A DNA stretch of 64,000 bases, taken from contig JAQWTH010000008.1 in assembly GCA_029242795.1 (NCBI GenBank), positions 11,260 to 75,259 on the forward strand, read 5' to 3'. The notes under the pieces were generated by a model. That model had not been told where the DNA came from. It saw nothing but the letters and a program-made list of their open reading frames with translations, and searched no databases. Source of the DNA: Candidatus Pelagibacterales bacterium (GTDB taxonomy: Bacteria > Pseudomonadota > Alphaproteobacteria > Pelagibacterales > AG-422-B15). Every line of letters begins with the position of its first letter. The first letter of the stretch is position 1. The translations under genes were made by a program, and so were the position numbers. Shown here one piece after another: positions 36,064 to 45,931 of this stretch.

Positions 36064-37842
36064 CTATTCTTCAACCTCCTCATTTACTTCTACAAGTTGA
36101 GAGTTTATCAACTCTGATTTAATTATTAATTTTACAACAAACTTTTTAATTGTTGATCCTTCTTGAGCTAGTGATGATTTTTCTAGTACCACATTTTCAA
36201 ATAATTCTGTTCCTTTAACACGAGTAATATATTTTATAACATCTGCATCAGACAAAGCCTCTCCCTTGACTTCATATTTTTCCTGTCCGTTAAAATCAAG
36301 ATTTGTTAGCACAATATTAAATCCCGCCTGATAAGCGATCTCACGTAATACTTTTGCAGCTATGTTTTGATTTGTTGTTGCTGTTTCAGATAACATTAAT
36401 TGTTCGTTAATTTTATCTTTTTCACTTATCAATGCTGAATACTGACCTTGAAGTTGTTCAATTTCCATTTTAAGCATATCGTAGTCTGATAACGCTTCTT
36501 GGTTAGAAGAAGATTGAAAATAGTATGAAGAAAAAGCATATATACCAAAGACAATCACAGCTATAGAAATTCCGATTGCAAAAATTCCAGAAATAAACTT
36601 GTTTTTTATTGAGCTTTTAACCCCTTCACGGTTTGGAAGAAGGTTGATATTTTTAACGCCAGTAACCTTTTGATAATACCCAAAAATATCAAGTTTTCGA
36701 GTAGCAAGGCCGGTCACAGCAGCAAATGATGAATTATTTTCCTCAGCATCGATCTTACTTTGAACGTTAGCTGGAATTTGCATCTTTGAAAAAGGATTGA
36801 AATTAACAACTGTTAGATCAGTTAATTTTTCTGATAAAACTTTATTAATCATTTCACTATTTGGAGTGTCGGTAACAATGAAAATTGAGTCAACCTTGTC
36901 AGACTTAAATCGATTTTGGTAAGCGGTTAAGTTTTGCCTAATTTGTAAAATGTATCGATCAATAATTGGAGCTAATGCAAGAGTATCACTTTGTTTTACG
37001 CCAAGCACAGCTTTATCCGCATTACTCAAAAATAAATCACTAACAAATGGATCATCTCCTTTTAGCACCAGTAAATAATTTTCATGAGATCCAATTTCTA
37101 AAATTGCCATTGGCTTTTGAGCGATGTTTGGCAACGCCATAGTTTCAAATGCGTTTCGAAGTGCAAAGCATTTAACATCAAGAACCACAGGTTGTAATCC
37201 CGCTTGTGTTACAATGTCTATGTACGCATTAACATCACTTAATTTTGATGCAACAAAAAGAACATCCATCATGTTTGATGTGGAGTCTTTTCTAATTACT
37301 TGATGAAAAATCGAATACTCATCAATTGTACCAGGCAATTGGGTTAAGTTTTCCCAGAGAGAATTAAATTCAATAGCATTTTTCATCTCAAGGTCGCTCA
37401 TGAGAGGCATCGCAATAACTTTTACAATTGAGCTTGATACAGGAAGAGATACAGCCGCATTAGTTGTAGTAAATTTGCCTGACTCTAAAGCTATTTTGAT
37501 TGCTTCTACAAATGGCCCTTGACTTACTTTGATGTCTTCTACGCGATCAACATGTCGAGCAGTTAATTTTTCAACAATCCATTCTTCTTTTTCAGTTTGA
37601 GTTAATTGAAGTAATCGAATACCGCTAGGACCTATATCCACTCCGACAACTTCTTCTTGCTGAACAGAATATTTACTAAGTGAGTCAATGATACCTGTGC
37701 TAAGTTTTGCGATTAATTTTCCAAAAAAAGACTTCTTTTCGTTTGTGCCACCAACACCTGTTGGAGATGCAGAAGAAGAACTTCCTTTTTTACTGAAGAT
37801 CGATCCAAGCGAGCTGAAGATATTTGTTATACTTTTGAACAT
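36064..37842 (-). CDS. pilM: Fused PilM-PilN pilus alignment protein
   Basis: 592 aa. An actin-like PilM region (VGVDIGPSGIRLLQL...) is followed by a TM segment (FISGIFAIGISIAVIVFGIYAF), a coiled coil and a PilN-like periplasmic domain in one ORF. Confidence 0.75.
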   Translation of the reverse strand: MFKSITNIFSSLGSIFSKKGSSSSASPTGVGGTNEKKSFFGKLIAKLSTGIIDSLSKYSVQQEEVVGVDIGPSGIRLLQLTQTEKEEWIVEKLTARHVDRVEDIKVSQGPFVEAIKIALESGKFTTTNAAVSLPVSSSIVKVIAMPLMSDLEMKNAIEFNSLWENLTQLPGTIDEYSIFHQVIRKDSTSNMMDVLFVASKLSDVNAYIDIVTQAGLQPVVLDVKCFALRNAFETMALPNIAQKPMAILEIGSHENYLLVLKGDDPFVSDLFLSNADKAVLGVKQSDTLALAPIIDRYILQIRQNLTAYQNRFKSDKVDSIFIVTDTPNSEMINKVLSEKLTDLTVVNFNPFSKMQIPANVQSKIDAEENNSSFAAVTGLATRKLDIFGYYQKVTGVKNINLLPNREGVKSSIKNKFISGIFAIGISIAVIVFGIYAFSSYYFQSSSNQEALSDYDMLKMEIEQLQGQYSALISEKDKINEQLMLSETATTNQNIAAKVLREIAYQAGFNIVLTNLDFNGQEKYEVKGEALSDADVIKYITRVKGTELFENVVLEKSSLAQEGSTIKKFVVKLIIKSELINSQLVEVNEEVEE

Positions 37843-38015
37843 TTTATGCTTAAATACTAAGGATTTTATTTATAAAAACCAATGAATTTAATACCTTATT
37901 CAGATTATAATTAAACAATAAAAATTAATTATTAGTAAATTACAATCCCATTAAATCATTGAGTCATAAAGAAAATTCCTAGATTTGTTATCTTAAAAGG
38001 TCTAGACTAACTTTT

Positions 38016-39023
38016 ATGGACGATATTATTACAAAAAGTGCTGAAATTAGCGGTTTATCAGACATTCACATACAGTCAGGACTACCTCTTGCTTTACGTA
38101 TAAATGGGTCGATCCAGAGAGATTCAACGCAAGTTATTTCAGCAAAAGATATCGACGACTTTCTTAAAGACAAGTTGAGTAAGGAGCATCAAGAGAAGTT
38201 AAAGGTTAAAAAAGGTCTAGACCTTGCAATGGTCATTGGTTCAACCAGATTCAGAATTAATATTTATTCTGCTTACAACGGAATGAATATTGTTATGAGA
38301 AAAATTGAAACAAAGATACCAGATTTTTATCAAATGGGTTTTCCTCCAGTTGTAGAGAGTAAACTGAGTACATTAAACGGATTGATACTTGTTACTGGTC
38401 CAACTGGATCAGGTAAGTCAACGAGTCTTGCCGCAATGATTGATTATGTAAATACGAATAAGGATGTAAATATTATTACGGTTGAAGATCCAATTGAGTT
38501 TGTTCATGAGCCTAAAAATTCAATTATTACGCAAAGAGAGTTGGGAGCTAATACGCCTACATTTACAGATGCGCTCCGAGAAAGTTTAAGAGAAGATCCG
38601 GATGTAATTTTAGTTGGAGAGCTGCGTGATCAAGAAACAATTTCTCTTGCCTTAACAGCCGCTGAAACAGGTCACTTAGTTTTTGGAACTTTACATACTA
38701 GTGGTGCGCCTAACACTATTCATAGAATTATAGATGCGTTTCCTCCAGGGCAACAAGATCAAATCCGAGCACAGATTGCAACATCGTTAAAGATGGTCAT
38801 TACACAACGTTTGATGAAAAGGGCTGATGGAACAGGAAGAGTAGCTGCATTTGAAATTCTTGTAAGCAACAATGCTGTTCAAAACTTAATCCGTGAAAAT
38901 AAAATTTTCCAACTTCCAAGTACTATGCAAACAGGAGTGTCTGACGGAATGGTTCAAATGGAAAAATCGATTGAAGAGCTCTTAACCTCAGGGGTAATTA
39001 ATCATGATGGAATTGGACACTAA
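38016..39023 (+). CDS. pilT: Twitching motility retraction ATPase PilT
   Basis: 335 aa. Walker A GPTGSGKST, EDPIEF, LVGELRD, GTLHT and the AIRNLIRE-like motif AVQNLIRENK. Confidence 0.9.
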   Translation: MDDIITKSAEISGLSDIHIQSGLPLALRINGSIQRDSTQVISAKDIDDFLKDKLSKEHQEKLKVKKGLDLAMVIGSTRFRINIYSAYNGMNIVMRKIETKIPDFYQMGFPPVVESKLSTLNGLILVTGPTGSGKSTSLAAMIDYVNTNKDVNIITVEDPIEFVHEPKNSIITQRELGANTPTFTDALRESLREDPDVILVGELRDQETISLALTAAETGHLVFGTLHTSGAPNTIHRIIDAFPPGQQDQIRAQIATSLKMVITQRLMKRADGTGRVAAFEILVSNNAVQNLIRENKIFQLPSTMQTGVSDGMVQMEKSIEELLTSGVINHDGIGH

Positions 39024-39573
39024 ACGAAAAAACGGTTTCTCACTTTTAGAAGTAATTGTGACTGTCGCCATTCTTGGCTTAGTTGCTTTATTTGCAGTTC
39101 CAAATTTAGCTGGGTGGACATCATCACGAACAGCGGAAAATGATGTCGCAAAAATAAGAGGTCTTATTGATTATGCTAAAGTAAGGAGCCAGAACATTGG
39201 CTTTCCAATAATCTTAGAGCAATCAGGCAATCGAATAATGGTTATGAACATTGATAGCCTTAATTCTTCTTTTTGTAACATAGGCAGCGGATCAACTGGT
39301 AGACCTAGAATGACTGATCCAGAGTACCCTGTAGCATTAGAGTTTGAAGCATCCGTTCGAACAAAACATGATCCATCTGGAAATTCACAGTCAACAACCT
39401 ACAGATACTCGAGTAGTAGAATTTGTTTTAATCCAGATGGAACATCAAAAGGCGGTGGATTTGAAGTTACACGTGATGCTGATACAAGATTTAGAGTCGA
39501 TATTGGGCCAACAAGTTTTTATGATGTTACTCGATATTCACCTCAACAACGAACATGGATAGAGTGGAATTAA
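39004..39573 (+). CDS. Minor pilin, FimT/FimU (GspH)-like
   Basis: Prepilin N-terminus KRKNG/FSLLEVIVTVAILGLVAL. 189 aa. First gene of the minor pilin operon. Confidence 0.7.
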   Translation: MMELDTKRKNGFSLLEVIVTVAILGLVALFAVPNLAGWTSSRTAENDVAKIRGLIDYAKVRSQNIGFPIILEQSGNRIMVMNIDSLNSSFCNIGSGSTGRPRMTDPEYPVALEFEASVRTKHDPSGNSQSTTYRYSSSRICFNPDGTSKGGGFEVTRDADTRFRVDIGPTSFYDVTRYSPQQRTWIEWN

Positions 39574-40013
39574 TGAATAAAAATCAACAGGGTATAGCAC
39601 TGATAGAGGCATTGGTTGCCGCAGTCATAGTTGGCATAGGCTTTGTTGCTGTCTACGGATTAGCGTCCACATCAACACGGGTTTTGATGAGTTCCATTGA
39701 TCGTGAAAAACAAAATATGTTAGCCAATATGATCTATGAAGACTTGCTTACGGATACAGTCAACATAGATAAGTATCATAATATGGACTTTAAATCAGGA
39801 TCATCTGGTAGTGGTACTCATGATAAGAAAAGGGCTAAATGGTTCGCTAAAGCAAATAAAAGGTTAGGCAGTGTACTCCCAAGTGATAAGAGAAAAATTG
39901 AAGTTGTGAAAAAAACCAAAAGCGGAAAAGATTATTATGTTGTTACTATTCGCATGGCATCCCGTGATGGTAAAGCAAGTAATCATTTTAAAAGAGTAAT
40001 AAATGCACCATAA
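39573..40013 (+). CDS. pilV: Minor pilin, PilV-like
   Basis: Start set at ATG 39573 (TAATG overlap with the upstream gene). MNKNQQG/IALIEALVAAVIVGIG has a class III signal with Glu at +5. Confidence 0.65.
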   Translation: MNKNQQGIALIEALVAAVIVGIGFVAVYGLASTSTRVLMSSIDREKQNMLANMIYEDLLTDTVNIDKYHNMDFKSGSSGSGTHDKKRAKWFAKANKRLGSVLPSDKRKIEVVKKTKSGKDYYVVTIRMASRDGKASNHFKRVINAP

Positions 40014-41382
40014 TCAAGAAGGATTCACATTACCTGAAATATTAATTGGTCTTGCCATAAGCTCGATCATTATTGCAGCATCCTTTGCATCTTACATTGT
40101 AATTAAAAATAATTACGACTTTCAAAAAGACATGAAAAATATTTCTCAAACATCAAGAGCCGTTGCAACAATGATTATGCGCGATGTTCGTATGGCAGGG
40201 TATAATTATGACGATGGACCATCGAAGCAGAAACCAACAATTGCTACAGGTATAAAGATTACTGACGGCAGAACAACAGATCCTGACTCAATTGAGATAA
40301 TATATGATAAATCTTATACTGAAAGATTAAAAATTTCTTACTACACGAAAAAGTACAATAATAGATTGAGACTTTATAAAAAAGTCGAAAAGTGTAATGC
40401 AATGAATTGTGCTGCAAGTTCTTTACAAACGGTAATAGCAGAGTCGCCAATAGCAGATTACGTTGAAGATCTTCAGTTCACTGGTTTTAAGAATGGAGAT
40501 GCACTTGGAACTGGTTCTGTTGCTTATGGACAGGGAAACATGAGGGCAATTGTGCCAGTAAAGGTTACAACTAACTGCAGCAATAACAATGGAGCCAATA
40601 AATCAATTGATGGATCAACAACTATTTCCACATTTTATCAATGCAATGACAATAAAACGTATTCTTGGTTAAAATTTGATTTTGATAAGCAAGTGCGAAT
40701 AACCAAAATTTTTATTGAGACAGCTGCTGGAGTTGATGGTGGAAGTTTAGGAGCTCAAATGGTTAGGCCGTTCGATAATGCAACTTATCCCTATGGAGTA
40801 AATCAATACATTCAGTCTGGCTTTCAATTCATGATAGGGCCAAATTATTATGTCAATAAAAGACCAAAATGTGCATCTGAACAAGGGCCAACGAGCTGTG
40901 CAAATTATAATTCAGGTTCAGGTGGGATTGGACAAGATAAACATTTTGATGCCATTTGTGTTGGCGTCTCAGGAATAGTTGATGCTGGTAGTAAATCAGC
41001 TTCTGGAGGATGTACATCAAACAACGTGCAATTCAATATTCTTAGAGAATGGGCGGTAGATCAGTTTAGAGTTCAATTGGGAAATGATAATTTTAAATGT
41101 TCTTATACTCAATCTGGACAGAAATGTAACCCGATTCATCGTATGGGAAGTTATCCTCATTACTTAGGAGAAATAAGATTTTATGGAGAAGTTTTTGGTG
41201 AACCTCAGAATCCTCAAGAAGTAGAAATTGGACTTTTAATTAGGAGTGCAGATGAACATGGTAACACTCCAATACAGAAAACGTATAATATTGGAAACAG
41301 AAGCATTGTTACAAATGATAATTATATAAGAGATAGTTATTCAATATCTGCACTTATAAGGAATAGTTACTATGGAATATAG
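40003..41382 (+). CDS. pilW: Minor pilin, PilW-like, with large inserted discoidin-like domain
   Basis: MHHNQEG/FTLPEILIGLAISSIIIAASF is followed by a PilW-like head (RAVATMIMRDVRMAGY). 459 aa, larger than typical. Confidence 0.65.
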   Translation: MHHNQEGFTLPEILIGLAISSIIIAASFASYIVIKNNYDFQKDMKNISQTSRAVATMIMRDVRMAGYNYDDGPSKQKPTIATGIKITDGRTTDPDSIEIIYDKSYTERLKISYYTKKYNNRLRLYKKVEKCNAMNCAASSLQTVIAESPIADYVEDLQFTGFKNGDALGTGSVAYGQGNMRAIVPVKVTTNCSNNNGANKSIDGSTTISTFYQCNDNKTYSWLKFDFDKQVRITKIFIETAAGVDGGSLGAQMVRPFDNATYPYGVNQYIQSGFQFMIGPNYYVNKRPKCASEQGPTSCANYNSGSGGIGQDKHFDAICVGVSGIVDAGSKSASGGCTSNNVQFNILREWAVDQFRVQLGNDNFKCSYTQSGQKCNPIHRMGSYPHYLGEIRFYGEVFGEPQNPQEVEIGLLIRSADEHGNTPIQKTYNIGNRSIVTNDNYIRDSYSISALIRNSYYGI

Positions 41383-41962
41383 TAAATCAAACCAAAGAGG
41401 ATTTGCTCTTATCTTATCAATGGTGATGCTCTTGGCGATGACATTGATGGGATCTGTATTATTAATGAATGCTTCATCTCAAAGTAAAGTCACTGGTAAG
41501 AGTGAAAGCAGTAGGCAAACGTTCTTATCTGCAGAAACAGGAGTGGAAGCTGCTCGTCGTTGGTTATCAATTGAAGCAGCGACTGGAACATTACCAAAGA
41601 ATGGAAGCTCTTCAGTTGGAACTTTATGCAAATTTCAACTTGATGATACCTATAAAGTCGCAGGAGATGATGGAACTAGTGGTAGAGGTATAAAGATGAC
41701 AAGTGAATTAGGTGTTACAAATACAAATGAAAAGCTCATTTATGATAATCAATCATTTACGTGGTTTACGACAGAGCACACCACAACCAATTATAAGGGT
41801 ACTGGAATTGGTGGCGGAATTGGTGGTGGAACTGGATATGTAGGAGGAGGAGGCAATATGACAAGCTATTTATATAAAGTCTTTGCTTGTGGAAAAGGCC
41901 CAGGTTCTTCGAATGCCTATACGAGGACATTAATTGAGGCTATAGTAGGGATTAACAAGTAA
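41372..41962 (+). CDS. pilX: Minor pilin, PilX-like
   Basis: NQRGFALILSMVMLLAMTLMGS...SAETGVEAARRWL matches PilX N-terminal domain logic. Gly-rich C-terminal stretch GTGIGGGIGGGTGYVGGGG. Confidence 0.6.
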   Translation: MEYSKSNQRGFALILSMVMLLAMTLMGSVLLMNASSQSKVTGKSESSRQTFLSAETGVEAARRWLSIEAATGTLPKNGSSSVGTLCKFQLDDTYKVAGDDGTSGRGIKMTSELGVTNTNEKLIYDNQSFTWFTTEHTTTNYKGTGIGGGIGGGTGYVGGGGNMTSYLYKVFACGKGPGSSNAYTRTLIEAIVGINK

Positions 41963-42465
41963 TGAGTAAGCACTTAAAAATTTATGTTTCTTCAATTGTG
42001 CTGTTTTTTATAGCAAATACAGCAGCACACGCTTTGTGTGATTTTGAAAAAGTATTAATCGGTTCATCTTTAAATTCATTTCAAAATAAATTTGTAGGAG
42101 ATGCTGGAACGAATAGCAGCAAACTACATGGATATGATATTCCTATAGAACGTATTTGTGATGATTTCGAACAGGCAATTGTGAAGTATAATTTTATCGA
42201 TAAAGATTTACATCAAATAATTATCAGAGATTACAAAAATGATGCCGACTATTTAAAAAGTCTAAAATATTATTACGGTGACCCAACAGAAGGATATGGT
42301 CGAGCTGGAACAAGTGGTCTTGCTTACTATTACTGGGATAAAAGTGAAAAATCTGTTTTTCTTATCGATAAAATTTTTGGAGATTCTAGAGAGCAGGTGG
42401 TTGAAATAGTCTCTGATCGCTTCAATGAACTATCATTAAAATACATGGATATGGACAATGAGTAG
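41962..42465 (+). CDS. Secreted hypothetical protein within the minor-pilin operon
   Basis: 167 aa with a signal peptide (IVLFFIANTAAHA). Overlaps pilX by 1 nt and pilY1 by 8 nt. Confidence 0.5.
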   Translation: MSKHLKIYVSSIVLFFIANTAAHALCDFEKVLIGSSLNSFQNKFVGDAGTNSSKLHGYDIPIERICDDFEQAIVKYNFIDKDLHQIIIRDYKNDADYLKSLKYYYGDPTEGYGRAGTSGLAYYYWDKSEKSVFLIDKIFGDSREQVVEIVSDRFNELSLKYMDMDNE

Positions 42466-45400
42466 ATTTTTAACATTCATAGCTATTCTGTCTTTATCTC
42501 TAAGCATTTCTTCTAGTAACGTTCTTGCAAAGAGTGCGCCTCCAGGAACAGGAAAGTCAGATGTTAAGGCTAACATACTTATTATGTTGGATCGATCTGG
42601 GAGTATGGGCTGGACGGCTCCAAGTACAGCACCAGTTAATAATCCTCATGACGTTGTTATGGACTCGAATAATGCGCATTGGGCAACAGAATATAACAGA
42701 AGTTATCTCAAAAAATATAATGCTGGCGGAAAATTATTGAAAGAAATTCGTGGAGGTGGTGGTTCTGGTCAGCAACAGTTTCGTTATCCTGGTAAAGTAG
42801 CTGTAGACAGTGGTGATAATGTTTATTTTATAGATACAGGGAATAAAAGAATCTTGTCCTATGACTCATCTGGTAATTGGAGATGCACAAGTTCGACATT
42901 TCCAAATAATTCAACTCACATTTATGCTGATCTTGAAGTAACTCCAAGCGACTCAATAGTAGTTAATCAATCGGGCGTCACATACATCTATGATACCGGG
43001 TGTTCGCTAAAATCAACTATTACCCCAGACCCAAATTATTATAATTCTGTTGGCCCTCATGCCATTGATCAAAACAATAAAAGTTATTATTTCGATAATA
43101 ACACAAAAGTTCTGACACGATTTAACAATGCATCAAATTACTTCATGCAGGTTGAAAAAACTGAAGCAAACTTAACTCATAAAAGTTCACTTGGTTCTCC
43201 ATATGACATAGAAGTTGATGGCGCAAATCGTCTTTATATTTTAAGTAGCACTAATCATAAAATTTATGTTTATAACGCAACTACATTTGCGCATCTTTGT
43301 ACTATAGGTGATGGATATGGAAGTCGATCTGACCAAGGTCAATTGCGAAATGCTAAGGGTTTTGGAGTGCAGGGTGACAAAGTTTTTGTTGGTGACACTG
43401 ATAATAGTCGAATTGTAAAATTTCAAATGACGCTTTGTACCGGAGGGGCAAGCCTTACAGGAAATGCATCATTCGATGGCCTGTATGGAAAGTCGGAGAA
43501 ACGAATTGCAATTGCGCGACGTGTTTTGAAGAAACTTGTCTCTGATACATCATTAACAACTGGAGCAAATTTTGGTCTTCAAGAGTGGGGATCAAGTGCT
43601 AGAATTAGAATTCCAATTACAAAAAATGGCGCAGCCCAAATTTATACTGACTTAGATCGTTTTCCTACCGGCGGTGGAACTTACCTAGATCGAGGTATGG
43701 ATAATGCAAGATCTTATTGGACTGGATCACAATCACCAATTAGCCCTAAAGCAAACTGTCAGCAGAACTATAATATTGTTTTCAGTGATGGACAGTGGTG
43801 GGGAACTTCTAATATTGCAACGGCTACATGGTTACGTACTAACAAGGGGGTAAAAACATTTGCACTTGGATATGCTGGATATGGAAACACAAGAAATTAT
43901 CAAAATCTTGCAACAGCTGGTGGAACTAAGACCCCATTATTTGCTGATGATGAAGATCAATTACTGCAGCAGTTGACATACGCAATTAAACAAGTTCTTC
44001 AATCGCGTCTAACATTTACAGCCCCTGTAATTATGCCTGATATGACTTCTGGAGATTCAATCTATCAAGCAGTGTTTAATTATAAAAAAGATCATCAATG
44101 GCAAGGAAGACTTCTTAGATATAAATTAAAAGCTGACGGAACAGTTGGAGCTAAACAATGGGATTCAGGAGAAAAATTAGAAGCGAGAGCAGCAGATACA
44201 AGAAATATTTGGACAGTGAGCGCAAATCTTCCTGCTGGATTAAATAATTTTGTTGCCGCAAATCAAAGCGTTTTAAGATCTGAGTTATATTTAGGAGGAA
44301 CAATGGGTACGGTTGCTGATGCGACTAATTTGATAAATTTCACTAGAGGCATTGATACTTATGATGAAGACTTAGATGGTTCCACAACTGATGAACGTTG
44401 GAAACTTGCGGATATTTACAATTCAAATCCTACACTTGTAAATAATCCTTCATCTGGAATGGATACAGCTGATAAAAATTCAGATGATTTTTATAGAAGT
44501 CAAAATGGCTATAAAGCCTTTAAGGATCGCTGGAAAGCGCGAGCTACAACTATTTTAGCTGGCTCTAACGGGGGAATGCTGCATGCATTTAGTAATGCAG
44601 ATGGTTCTGAAAAATGGGCATTCATACCACCTTCTCTTATACCTAAACTTAGAGGTGTCAGTTCAGGTAAAGCAAATAAAACAAATTCTATATACGGTGT
44701 CGATGGATCCCCTGTTGTGAAAGATATTTATCATAATGGTGCATGGAAAACAGTCGTCGTTTTTGGGATGGGTGAGGGCGAACATTCCTACTCAGCACTA
44801 GATATAACAAATATTGATGCTCCAAAACATATGTGGACTTTTAAAAATGATCCATCAACTCAGACCGTAACGTACTGGAATGCAGCAGGAAACAAAACTG
44901 AAGAAGCCTATGCATCAATCTCACCATCTCGAGATTATTCTAAATTAGGACAAGCGGTTTCAACTCCAAGAATTATTCGAATTCAAAGTGGAGGAGTGGA
45001 TAAATGGGTAGCAATATTTGGAGCAGGTGGAAACGGTGGTGCTGCAACTGCATACGGATCTGCTGTGTATTTAATTGATATTGCAGATGGTGGCAGAGTA
45101 TTGAAGAAAATAGATGTTGCTGACAAAGCTGGAAATAAAGTTGTTAATTCAGTTATCGCATCAGTGGTTCCAGTTACACCTGATACAACATCAACTGCAA
45201 ATTATAAAGGCGCATTAGTATACTTTGCAGACTTTGAGTCAAAGTTATGGAAACTTAATTTAACAAATAAAGGGACCATGTATCAACTTCAACAGCTATT
45301 TGATGGCGAAGCAACAGAAAATAATGGACGAAGAGTTTTCCATGATGTGACTTTATCGCTTGATGACAATAGTGATCTTTGGGCGTTTTTCGGAACAGGT

Positions 45401-45931
45401 GATCGGTATAATATTGCAGATGAAGATCCAAAAATTAAGAATAGAATTTTGGCAATTAAGGATACAAATTATCCATCGTTTAAAAGTGGAGTATCATCTA
45501 TTACAGCAGCAAAATGTAAAAATGTAACATCTGCTGGAGCTTCATGTCCTGATGCAAGTCATAAAGGTTGGTATGTTGATTTATTGCCTAATGAAAAAAT
45601 TACAGGATCTTCAGCAATCATGGATCGTGTTGTATATTTCCCAAGATATATACCTAATAAATTGAATCCGTGTAATCCAGGATCAGCAACTTTAAGTGCA
45701 CATGCATATACTTGTGGCAATACTCTCAAGAAATTTAAACTAGGGTCTGGTATGGCGACTACGCCAATAATTTATAAAGGAAAGATATATATTGGTATTA
45801 GTGGAGCTCCTGGTGGAGGCATGGGTTCAGGTTGGACATCTAAAGATAATCTTATTATTGGAAATACCATCTCAGGAAGTGGAGGTTCTAGCAACTCATT
45901 TACAATTAAGTCTTGGAGACAAATTTTTTAA
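42458..45931 (+). CDS. pilY1: PilY1/PilC-family pilus tip adhesin with vWA and NHL-like repeats
   Basis: 1157 aa with a signal peptide. MIDAS start LIMLDRSGSMGW. NHL-like repeats (FRYPGKVAVDSGDNVYFIDTGNKRILSYD and others). PilY1 hallmark SNGGMLHAFSNADGSEKWAFIP. Ca-site-like DTYDEDLDGSTTDE. Confidence 0.85.
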   Translation: MSRFLTFIAILSLSLSISSSNVLAKSAPPGTGKSDVKANILIMLDRSGSMGWTAPSTAPVNNPHDVVMDSNNAHWATEYNRSYLKKYNAGGKLLKEIRGGGGSGQQQFRYPGKVAVDSGDNVYFIDTGNKRILSYDSSGNWRCTSSTFPNNSTHIYADLEVTPSDSIVVNQSGVTYIYDTGCSLKSTITPDPNYYNSVGPHAIDQNNKSYYFDNNTKVLTRFNNASNYFMQVEKTEANLTHKSSLGSPYDIEVDGANRLYILSSTNHKIYVYNATTFAHLCTIGDGYGSRSDQGQLRNAKGFGVQGDKVFVGDTDNSRIVKFQMTLCTGGASLTGNASFDGLYGKSEKRIAIARRVLKKLVSDTSLTTGANFGLQEWGSSARIRIPITKNGAAQIYTDLDRFPTGGGTYLDRGMDNARSYWTGSQSPISPKANCQQNYNIVFSDGQWWGTSNIATATWLRTNKGVKTFALGYAGYGNTRNYQNLATAGGTKTPLFADDEDQLLQQLTYAIKQVLQSRLTFTAPVIMPDMTSGDSIYQAVFNYKKDHQWQGRLLRYKLKADGTVGAKQWDSGEKLEARAADTRNIWTVSANLPAGLNNFVAANQSVLRSELYLGGTMGTVADATNLINFTRGIDTYDEDLDGSTTDERWKLADIYNSNPTLVNNPSSGMDTADKNSDDFYRSQNGYKAFKDRWKARATTILAGSNGGMLHAFSNADGSEKWAFIPPSLIPKLRGVSSGKANKTNSIYGVDGSPVVKDIYHNGAWKTVVVFGMGEGEHSYSALDITNIDAPKHMWTFKNDPSTQTVTYWNAAGNKTEEAYASISPSRDYSKLGQAVSTPRIIRIQSGGVDKWVAIFGAGGNGGAATAYGSAVYLIDIADGGRVLKKIDVADKAGNKVVNSVIASVVPVTPDTTSTANYKGALVYFADFESKLWKLNLTNKGTMYQLQQLFDGEATENNGRRVFHDVTLSLDDNSDLWAFFGTGDRYNIADEDPKIKNRILAIKDTNYPSFKSGVSSITAAKCKNVTSAGASCPDASHKGWYVDLLPNEKITGSSAIMDRVVYFPRYIPNKLNPCNPGSATLSAHAYTCGNTLKKFKLGSGMATTPIIYKGKIYIGISGAPGGGMGSGWTSKDNLIIGNTISGSGGSSNSFTIKSWRQIF

